DNA of 50,403 nucleotides, from the NCBI GenBank assembly GCA_001938485.1, contig MQRK01247043.1, forward strand, positions 1 through 50,403, read 5' to 3'. A program made the position numbers and the translations under genes. Positions 39,801-50,403 of this stretch are shown here, piece by piece (the first letter of the stretch is position 1; each line of letters opens with the position of its first letter). Origin of the DNA: Girardia tigrina. Its lineage: Eukaryota. Below the pieces are notes generated by a model, which did no database searches, was not told where the DNA came from, and saw nothing but the letters and a program-made list of their open reading frames with translations.

Positions 39801-42800
39801 TCTCTTTCTGGCATGTGGAATTCCGAAAAGAAATAAAACATATTAATATACATATTATCAAATAATGAAATTATTATTCCTATGTAAATAAAATTTAAAT
39901 TATTCGATCATTATATCTCATAGCATAAGAAAAAAAGAAATAGAAATTCATTAACAATTAATTTTGAAGAAAATTGATAATTATATTAACTTATAATTTT
40001 TTTACAATGAAAAAAAAAATATAAAACTGAGTTAAATAAAAAATTAATTTAATTAATTTTCCTTTTTCTAACGAAGTAATATAATCTAGATTTTTAAACC
40101 ATATGAATATACCTTTTGTTTTAATCAATGAATTGATATTACATATCAATTTAAAAATTAAAACAAGAAGATCACTGTTGTAGGCTGGATTTAAAATTAA
40201 CGAAATCCCATTGCATATTTCCTGCATTATTGCATAAAAAGTCTTTTTCTTCTTCGTCATTCAATTAATCTCTGAATTTCAAATATACACATTTAGATAA
40301 ATTCAGAGCTCATTGAAATCCAATGTCACAGAATTCAACATTTCCATTAGTTACACTCAATTTGGTTATATTTTAAATTTATCAGTAATAATTAATTGTA
40401 TTAATAGAGAAAAACAGTTTATTCCATTAAGTTAATATAAAAAAAAATTTTGAAAATATATTTAGAGAAATTTTAGAAATGTAAAAAAGTATTTAAAGTT
40501 ATCATTTCCATTATTTTATGATGATTAATAAATAATTTATTAAGTATTTATTACATAATATATAAAATAAAAGTAATATTTTATGATTAACTTTGGATTA
40601 CTATGTTATTTTTTTCATCAATAAATTTCTTGTCAAGTTTACTAAATTCTTATTATATTTGTTCTTTTTAAATGATTAAACAAATATTGTTAAATAAGAA
40701 AAAGAGATGAAAACATATAAAGGTATCATCTAACAGCTGAAACCTTATTTTATTTTTCAATTACTGATTAATTAAATCAAATGAGAATTAAATAGTTTTT
40801 AAATAAAAAAATAAAATTAGTTTATTTATACCCGAAAGCTGTTTTATTAAATGATAGAAATAAATAAATATTACAATATTATGTAATACAAATCTGTTGA
40901 TAACTATTTTAATACATTAAGACTACAATTTGTGTTGCTTTTTTTAATTTTTTGTAAAATATCTTAACGAATTTTAATTTAATGATTTCGGTAACTTTGT
41001 ATAAAAATAGAAAAAAATAGTAGTTTATTTAACTATTCCCAGCTTATTATTGTCATTTTGAAAATATATTTTAAAGTACCCTTACGTTTCTGACATTACA
41101 TATTTTGTTCATAAATAATAAAACAGTATCGTTAGTCCATCCATAGATGGAAAAAATGTACTTGTATTTTTGGATTTCCTTATTTATGATTTTCATTTGC
41201 TTTTAGTTGGAAATTTACATATTAGTCAAGGAGAAGATTTTTCAAACAAACTTTATTTGGGCTGGAAAAGACTAACTAATTATTTTAAATCACAAATCGT
41301 ATATTTTTAATCTTAATTTACGAATTATAATGAATAAAAAGATTTCAGTTTTACATAAATTAGACTCAAACTTGAAATAAAACTCTTAAGAAATTTTAAT
41401 CTAAAACTAATTATTGTAATATTAAGCTAAAATTACTATATGATGTTGTACAAAAAACATTTAATATTATGAAAACCCCTTTAAATTTTAAGAAAATAAC
41501 CAAATGGAGATGTTCTCGTAAAAAATTAATTTTCAAGTTATCAATACGAGTTAAGACCAAAACTAATGAGAGGTGTTGGCCATGATATTGATGACACTAG
41601 ATCCCTAAATACTAAACTCCTTTTATCATCACCTCATTTCTACTCGTCACGAGAAGTAATAATATATTTTTTTATTTAAACATCAAAGCAATATTCAAAG
41701 CTACAGTAAATTTTTTTTTCATGTATTGCTAATAAAATAAAATGGGGCTTCCTCTAATATTATTATATATTTAATATTTTTTAATATTAATAAACATTCT
41801 TTCTATATTATATTTTGCGTTATTACAAAACGAAAATGTCCAAAATGGGAATACAAAAAAGAAAAAATAGTATCTTTGAACATTTTATAGAAATAAGGTT
41901 TTTTAATGCAAATGATAATAACCGAGTTTACATTAGATGTTAAATATTAGAAGATTAATTTAATGAAAAGCATTAATTAAAATAAAGTTGATTAATTTGG
42001 CCATAATATATTCGTTATGGATGACATCAATTGACATTTTGCGTCGCTAAATGTTTCTTTTTAGTTTTCTTAACACTATAAATCCCAGAAAAAAGCTTCC
42101 AATTTCTTAGTTTATTTTTAACAGGATTTTGCATTTAAATTTCGTCAATATTTATATCAGTAATTTTCGCATGTGATTATTTTTAAATAACAAAGTGAAA
42201 AAGTTACCGCTCCGAAGGACACTTGCAAATGCATTTCAAAGAATCATTAGCTCATCGAGATATGAATAATAATTTCTGAATCAATTTTTTAATTATCCAT
42301 CGTTTAAATTTTATATTTTACACTATCTTAGACACAATTTTAATTTTTGAAAGTCTAAGTAAACATTTTATTGCTTAATACTCGTTTATTGAGACTACTT
42401 TTTAAATTCATGGACTTGCGTGTTATAAAAACATGCCACTAACTTTTTGACTCAGACAAATAAATTTTAATTAATTTGAAAATTTTTATATTCGAACTTA
42501 TCAGTATTATTGTAAGGTGTAAGGAAAGTTTTTCATTAAAAAGCTATTCTACACTTTGTTTTGGTAGAATATTGATATTTTGATTGCAGTTATCAAATAC
42601 TAATTTAGTAAAGGTCTAAATAAATTTATACTATAAAACTTAAAAAATATACATCTTAATCTTTGATTTTGTTTCTTAAGATAAAAAGAATTTAAAACAT
42701 TTGCTAGGTATTTATGGATGTTTTCTAACATTTTTGAGAATTTAAAAAACCATAGCTTTTTAGTTTGAAATATTCAAATTCTATAAATCTTTATTTACTG

Positions 42801-45185
42801 TGGTAATTTTAAAATTTCTCTAAAATACAATTGCAACAAAGATATAGAAACAAATGTTTTCATTGTCATCATGGAACAAATTAAAAGTTGTAAATGAAAA
42901 CCTAAATGGAGTATTTATTAAATAATATGTAGTAATACGTTCATTAGTGTCTTTAAGTGTTTGTAAATACTTTTGAAGCTTATTATAAATTATTGTGTTT
43001 TTATATTTCTTTATTTCAAGAATTCAAATTTCAGTTCATTTAATTTAATGCATGCTTCATAAAGCGCCACCTTTACCTTATCGTAGTCTTTTTGGCAACC
43101 AAAAGACTAATTCAAGAATGTAGTCTTTCAAACAGCATCAAAATGACCGCCATATTATAAAAATAGCAAATAGCAGCTGTCAACTCCAACTTTTGACACC
43201 ACACACCATAGCCAAACTGAATCCGTAAATTTGATTTAACTCGTGGTAATAAAGCCACAATAATTTGACGCACCAAATCAACAAAAAAATAGTTATCGTA
43301 TAAAACGCACCCAAACAAAAATTTTGGACAATTAAAACAACAATCAAATAAGATAATAATTAAAATCAAAAATTTTACATTTGTGTTGCATTAAATTTTT
43401 GTGGGTTAAATCAAAGGGTTACAATGTCGATATTATATATAAAAATACCCAATATAGTTTCTTATAATACGAATTATCATTTGAGATCAATAATATATAG
43501 GCCCAGTGTTGTCTGTCTATAACGCTCAAAACAAGATAAATTAATCAGAAATTTTGTTGTAATATGAAATTAATCAGTCAATGATTTTGATTTACTACTA
43601 TTCGTTACTACTATTCGCTTAATAAATTGTCTTTTTTGCTGTTGAAATTTTTTAATAATTTCATTATTGAATAATGGTATCAAAAATGTTTTATACGAAA
43701 CAAATATTCCCATAAATGTTTAAATGTAAAATTGATTTTCTTCGCCAAACAATTATTAGTTGAACAAGATGAAATTGTATAAAATTTGATTACCTTTATT
43801 TGACTTTTTAGTGTGGATTATTTGGATTACTTTTTAGATCTTTAAAGAAATCTGGATAAGCTAAAATATTTCAATTTATTGAAAATAAAATTGTAATTAT
43901 GTACTATTACGGGCCGCATAAATCATAGATTATTTCCGTTGATGATACGATACTTTATTTTCTAACTGACGTAACTGTTGTTGGAGGTAGATGCAAACCA
44001 TTAACGATGGTAACAGAACATTATTCTTCATGATTGAGTTTTAAAAAATCTAAGTTTCAGAGTGACACTTTTCTTTTGTTCTTATTAGTTTTTGAATGAA
44101 GGGTTCGGGCGCATCCGGGTCCATAAGTGAGAGCCAACCTCGAAGATAATTATTTCCATTTTTGAGATCCCCTCCCTCTTTTCTTTCATTATCAACGACC
44201 AATTTGAATCGAAAACTTTGTTTAAATGAAATCGTGGCCACAATATTTTTGACATCCTCGACATCAATATAAATTGCGTTTTTTCCATTTCCGATTGATG
44301 CGACAATCGCTTCTTTGGTCTAGGACTTGCTACTGTGAATTCCGATGAGTTGCGGGGTAAACTAAACTAAATCCCCGTCAATTGTCCAACTCCATAACCG
44401 ACTTACTTAAATGATTTTCAATTTCACAATTTTTTAATTAATAATCCCCAAATAATCAATAATCTCCGTGACATTATCGGAAGAATATTCCATCCGACTT
44501 CTATATAATTTCGATTGGAATTCGTTGTTAAGGAGTTTTAAGAAATCTTCAATTTAAATTTATATTATGTTATAAAATTCAAATAATCAATAATGATTAA
44601 AGTTTTTTAAAAAAGATTCGATCGAAATTCAAATTTTATTTAATTAAACAAACGATGCAAAGCAAAGATTTCCTCAAATAAATTACAAAAGAAATTTCTA
44701 GATCATAAAAAAAAGTTAATTTGTTTAATTATTTTTTTAATACAAAAATTCTATCATTAAAAAATACATTTCTTTTCGAAATTCAAATTGTTAAATAAAT
44801 TGACAAATTTGAGAAACAAAATAACGTAAATTTAGATTTTAAAAACAAACTGATTTCATTACAATGTAAAACAATTATAATTTGAAAAAATCGGTTATTA
44901 AGACGAGGTCCACCTGAAGCTGGCAACGATTAAAGATCAATAATATCTTCCTAAGTTAGCTTTGTTTAAAATCAATTTGAATAATGTTCACTTGACTTAA
45001 ACGTAGACATTTCATTCTTCGTACTCACACAAACAAAATAGTAATAAATGAGTAAAATTTGCATTATTATTAATTTTTGCACTAAATATCATAATTATAA
45101 TTATGTCGAAAATTTAAGCAGTACTTATTTTAATTATTATCAAAGATAATCATAAATAAATAAAGAATAAAATCAAAAATCTCAC

Positions 45186-45800
45186 GGATTCCGTGTGAAG
45201 AGTGCTGTGTAGTTCTTTTGAATTGGATTCTCCGAGCGGACGAATACCGTGACGAACGTAGTGTAACTGCAATTGATGAAAGGATTGCTGGCTACAATTA
45301 CAGAAAATACATTTGTATTGTTTCTCGGCCAAGTTCTGGTCGACCGGGTCTGAATTGGTTCTCGAGCACGGTCTCGTGTCAGGCGAATGCGGCAATTGCG
45401 ACAAATCCGACACAAATCCATTCGATTTGTGACTTTTCGAATACAATTTACCGGAAAAATAAATCGAAATACAGGCGATATTGCCGTAAACGTCGGTGGG
45501 ATCGGGCGACGACGACGATTTCGTGTTGGACAGATTGTCTTGTAAGAGACCGGAATTCGACGATTCGCTGTTCGATGGATGTTTGTTGTGGATGAGAGTG
45601 ATGTGCTCGTGCATGAAGTGGCGACAAGAGGCAACTTTGTGACAAATTGCACATCGGTAAATGATATAATCGATCATCTTATCCGGATGGACTTCATCGA
45701 AATGTTCTTCGATATTGTTTAATAGGTGACTGTGAAATGTACAAAGTGGACAATGAAGAACGAGTACATCTGTCGGCATTAATTGCGGCAATAGACCCAT
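45186..45800 (-). CDS. Coding exon with three C2H2 zinc fingers (probable first coding exon)
   Basis: Fingers CPLC...HFDEVH, CAIC...HITLIH and CIFC...HYVRH. Start context aaaATGg at 45800, acceptor AG at 45815-45816 after a T-rich tract, and donor GTGAG at 45185 after exactly 205 codons (phase 0). Confidence 0.88.
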
Positions 45801-46084
45801 TTTAGAGTGAGAATCTTAACGAGAAAAACAAACAAAAATAAATGAAATATATTAAGAATTGTTTACTCACATGTTTCTTTTAATTGAATACGATTTATTA
45901 AAAACAAAGTTCAGTGGAAAATGATAATCAAAAGATGGGAAAAAACAATGATGAAAAATATAAAATAAGCACGGAAATAAATCACAGAACCATGAATGGA
46001 AAAAAAACAGTGTCCAGTAATATAACAGTTGTAATCAGATGGAAATGTTGCTCCTGTAAACAATGCATTCAGCGCTCCCGCGAT

Positions 46085-46119
46085 AGATTGACAGAGTGAC
46101 AGTTATTTATATTTGAAAT
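46085..46119 (-). promoter_or_regulatory. 35-bp module, copy 1 (TATAAATA plus two TGACA sites), candidate core promoter
   Basis: AGATTGACAGAGTGACAGTTATTTATATTTGAAAT is 32/35 identical to 47138-47172. It lies upstream of a CAT|GTGAGT donor at 45870. Confidence 0.5.
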
Positions 46120-46497
46120 TTCTGGCTATTTTTTTGCTTTCGCAAAAACGAGTATTGGTGTGTGTGCATGTTATAATATGTTATTTACAGGCATGTGTTT
46201 GTATGTGCGCGAAAGCCCAGCAATAAGATTTTCTTTTCCAGGCTAAGTTGGGTGTGATAAATGTATTTTTCCTATTTTTTTTTCAAAATAAGTCTGATGA
46301 TATCAATATGCGCATAGAACGAGAATTAAGTTGACATGCCAGTCAATTGTATAGAGCAGATGGCTTTTTACACATCGAGTATCATTTCAGAGGTTGGTCA
46401 AATTATTTGACACAGGTATCATAATTCAAAAAAAATATTAATACGAAAAAAAGAATATCTTTAATTTCAGAAATACAATCATAAAATTATATTACAC

Positions 46498-46797
46498 TCA
46501 AATTTAAATTCAAATCAAAATTTGAATTCAATTCAGAATTCAAATCTCTGAATTCAAATCACTAAATTCAAATTTGATTTCAAATCATAATTCAAATTTG
46601 ATTTTAACTCATAATTTCAATTCAAATATCTGAATTCAAATCATTAAAGTCAAATTTAAATTCAACTCTTAATTCAAATTCAAATCACTAAATTCAAATT
46701 TGATTTCAAGTCATAATTCAAATTTGATTTCAACAGATAATTCAAATTTGATTTCAACTCATAATTCAAATACGAATCACCGAATTCAAATTTGAAA
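46498..46797. repeat. Degenerate AATTCAAATTTGATTT-type minisatellite
   Basis: Repeated ~24-bp units such as AATTCAAATTTGATTTCAACTCAT, built from AATTCA-like hexamers. Confidence 0.85.
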
Positions 46798-47137
46798 TAT
46801 ATTTGTGAATAAATAAACAAAACGCAAAATTTTAATTTAAACATTCTTTTAAAAATTCAAATAAAATAAATCTTACATGGTAATTTGTTTGTTTTTTTGG
46901 GGGTTGTTGGATTCCGAATATTATAAGAAATGTTCAATAAATAATCATTAAAAAAGTTTTTGTTGTTGCAAGAAAAGCAAATAATAATAAAATTGAAGGG
47001 AGAAAAAAATTTTAAAATTTAAAATACAATGGTTTTAAAATTCTAGAGAAGAATTTTTGAAAAGTAATCTCATAGGAAAATAAAGTCCCGAATCAAAATC
47101 TCGTCCTGTTGTTTATTTGAATACTGCTTGTGATGAG

Positions 47138-47172
47138 AGATTGACACGATGACAGTTATTTATATTTGAAAT
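47138..47172 (-). promoter_or_regulatory. 35-bp module, copy 2, candidate alternative core promoter
   Basis: AGATTGACACGATGACAGTTATTTATATTTGAAAT lies upstream of a CAT|GTAAGA donor at 46876. Confidence 0.5.
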
Positions 47173-50100
47173 GTCTTACCTAAGACTGCATACACAAGTT
47201 TGTTGTCTGACTATCACCGCTTCAAATCAACGACTTGCATGCAAGCACTACAACATGTCATATTAACACACACATACATACACGCCAAGAGAAATCAACT
47301 TGTAAACACATGTACATATACTGCAAAGTACACACACACAACGCACACGGTTTTTATCATTGAGAATATATTATTTAGTTCATACCTCTTTATTTCTCAT
47401 CTCCCGAAAGAAACAAATTATTAATGAGTTGATCGAAGACTTTTACAGGGCAATCTATGCTCAACATGTATTTTGAGCAAAAAAAAACTCAATACTAAAA
47501 TACAGTAAAAATGTTTATCACTCCTTATATTTTTAAACATACTTCTTTTTGTTATTGCACTTGTCAAAAAGAAACGCAAGAAACAATAACAATCTCGACA
47601 GATAAAACAACCAATCATAATAAATGATTGATAGAGAGGGTCAACCAGAACTTAATGTTTTTTTTTAGTTTTCTCATTTTAATATTAATAATAATATTAA
47701 CTTTGATTCACTTAAACAAAACACAATGATTTCAAAAAAATTATTTTTTTTAGAAAAAAAATATAAGAAAAAATATAAATTTCTTTCTTTTTTTCTATTT
47801 CTAAAAAAAATATGTTAAAATTATAAGTTTCAAATGATTTTGATAATATATTTTTTCTTATTCATTTAAACAAAAAATTATATAAAAATATTAAGAAAAA
47901 CAAAACAAAAAAAAAACGTTATATACATATAGTACTTAAAAATTAATACGTTTTTTTTCTCTTTGATTAGACAGAAAGTTTTGACTCAGAAAAAAAAATA
48001 ATTTATTCTTATGAAAATATGAAATTATTATTAATAATATTATAATTAATAAAATAATAATAAAAATAATCTTACTTGAAATTTTTTATGACGATAATGA
48101 TTGAAAAAAATTTTTTTGTATTACAATAATAATAATAATATAGAATTCAGTATGATTAAAATTGAAAATGAAAACTCCGGTCTGATTTGCTTGACAGACT
48201 ACTCGAAACTAAGATAACTAAATGACACGATGAATATTGTGACAGTCGACCTGATAATAGACTGCAATTCTGCATGCCTAGTCAGTATTATTGAGTGTGT
48301 GTGTAATGCCACTGTCATACATATCAGAGTGATATGAAGTGTCGGGTGTGTACCAGTGGTGTCTCGGTTATGTCACACACACAAACACACTCATACACTT
48401 CAATATACTGAATAGTGGATAATCTTTTATTGAGAGATAAGACATGTGGGTCCGGTAACAAGTTCAGTGACTATGTGCGCGTATCTTGATGTTGTCATTT
48501 CACTGTCATTCTTTTTTTTGTCTCATCATGTAATGATTGACAGCGTAAATAGATGATGTTTTCTGTGTCGATTTGGCTCAAACTACCTTATGTTTATGTT
48601 TTCAACTTTATATAAATTGACAATAAAAATATTGCCAAATTATTGGAAATTTTCAATTCTATCTATTAGTTATTAAATTTAGTAAAACAATCAAATCAAA
48701 AGAAAAATAAATAAAGCTTCTTTTTTTTATTTTATTTGAAAGTTGAATTAAATTAATTCATTCGGTTGATTTTATTTCAATGATATTTTTGTTTTGTTAG
48801 AGAACTGCAAAATTTGCAATATACAAATTAAATTAAATGGTCAAATTTGACCTGTTTAATGGACCATTTCTATCTGATTTATGACAATGAAATTGTCATA
48901 TTCTTTCAGTAAATTTGACGCGTATGCAATTGCAAATCTGAGCCGGGTTAGATTGTGTTTCAGAAATTTCTTTTTTTTTGATAAAATTGATAATATAATG
49001 AAATTCGTTAAATGAAAATGTCAAATACCTGATAACAAAACTAACAACACCGTTTACAACTTTTTAAGGACATTAATAATAATAATCAAAATCAAATCTG
49101 AATAAAGAATTTTAAATGGATCGTGTTTGATTACGCCATGTGGCGCCCATGGGATTTTGGTTTGATCGGATCCAGATAGACAACAACATTTTAATGAAAT
49201 CTTAACAAAGAATCAATAGAAATTATGAATATTTATTTGGCCCTAATCAATCAAAAAAATTATACTTTTGTTTAACTGAATTTTACTTAATTTTAGAATT
49301 TTTCTGGCAGCTATATAATCCGCTGCAGCCGTCGCTTATAAGTTTTACAGTAGTACTTTAATGATGAAAAATTGTAATTTAAGTTCTTTTGTGTCCAGGA
49401 GTCAACTTTCAATGAAGATGTCGCAAACCTCACAGACAAATACAATTCTAAACGCAAATCCATAGTAGACATGGAAGCGCTGTCAACTTCAGAAATATGG
49501 TTTCATATTTATAAATTTTTAACAAGATGAAAATTGAGCTTTCTTTTTATTTCTTTAATGGAAAATATGAAAAAAATATGAAAAAAATGTCACAACGTTT
49601 CTTGCAAATATTATCATATGGATTTAAGAGACTCATCTGAACTTTTGGTGCACGTAAAGCTTTCGTAAACTAGAAATTTATCTTCGATTCTTTATTCTCC
49701 CTGCTCTATTTACTAAAACAGTAGCGTAAATGAAATTATTCTGTTTACGTACGTCTACAAACGTATAACAATTATAAATATTAATATTTAAGAATGGTAA
49801 CTTCATTTACTAATCTCTCATCATCTAATGTCATCTCTAAAATGTAAAAAGGAGAATGTTTCAAGCATTTCAAAATTGTTTTTACTAAAACTGAAAAAAA
49901 GAATAATAATAATTAACCTAAACCATTAATTCACAAAGGTTCTGATATATCGATCTCAATAAAAAAATGTTATTTAAATTTACATCAACAAAGTGTATAC
50001 AAAATAATATCATCAATATTTCTTTAAGAAAAAATCATTTTACAATCACTTCATAAAATAAAAAATTATTGACAATTCTTAAAATATAATAATACTTTAA

Positions 50101-50287
50101 TTATTGCCTTAAGTGAAAATAAAAGTCTTGGAAAAAGCTAAATTTAACAGTTTTAATTATTATTATTCTTTATTTCCATAAAATGTAGTAAATTTCTGAC
50201 AATGAAAGAGACTTTCAGATTCTTAATTTTCTTTCAATTCAAATAATTCTTCCTTAACATATGTAGTGACCTATGTAGTCGCTCATA

Positions 50288-50403
50288 TACAGGGTGTCCC
50301 AAAAATATGTATACACATTAAAAATTTAATTTTATTGAATTTTATAGAATTTTATTTATGTTTAACTTTCATTATATTTAATATAAATAGTTTTTTTAAC
50401 ATA
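50288..50403. mobile_element. Possible left terminus of a Tc1/mariner-superfamily element running off the window
   Basis: TA followed by CAGGGTGTCCCAAAA resembles common Tc1/mariner-type TIR starts. The partner end is not in the window. Confidence 0.4.

Noticed and set aside
45182-45654. Overlapping alternative-frame and antisense ORFs
   Set aside because: Shadows of the GC-richer zinc-finger exon.

Overview
A very AT-rich animal genomic scaffold with five N gaps. A planarian-like invertebrate is my guess from composition and repeat content, not something the sequence proves. One minus-strand host gene, a C2H2 zinc-finger transcription factor of unrecognised family, appears to span most of the window. 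Its coding exons at 45186-45800 and 15134-15977 are phase-compatible across a ~29 kb intron, and it has two candidate non-coding first exons, each behind a copy of a duplicated 35-bp TATA/TGACA module. The rest is intronic or intergenic DNA with decayed mobile elements: a Ty3/Gypsy gag-pol, a GC-rich hAT (Buster/Charlie-like) transposon, a hAT-type foldback MITE, a mariner and a Tc1/IS630-type element. The most notable items are (i) a young non-autonomous Penelope-like element whose terminal repeat carries an apparently intact minimal hammerhead ribozyme, plus three older hammerhead relics, (ii) an STIP1/Hop TPR2A pseudogene fragment missed by the ORF track, and (iii) recurrent GC-elevated islands dense in TGACA (TALE-homeodomain-like) motifs. 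I found no rRNA, tRNA or CRISPR.
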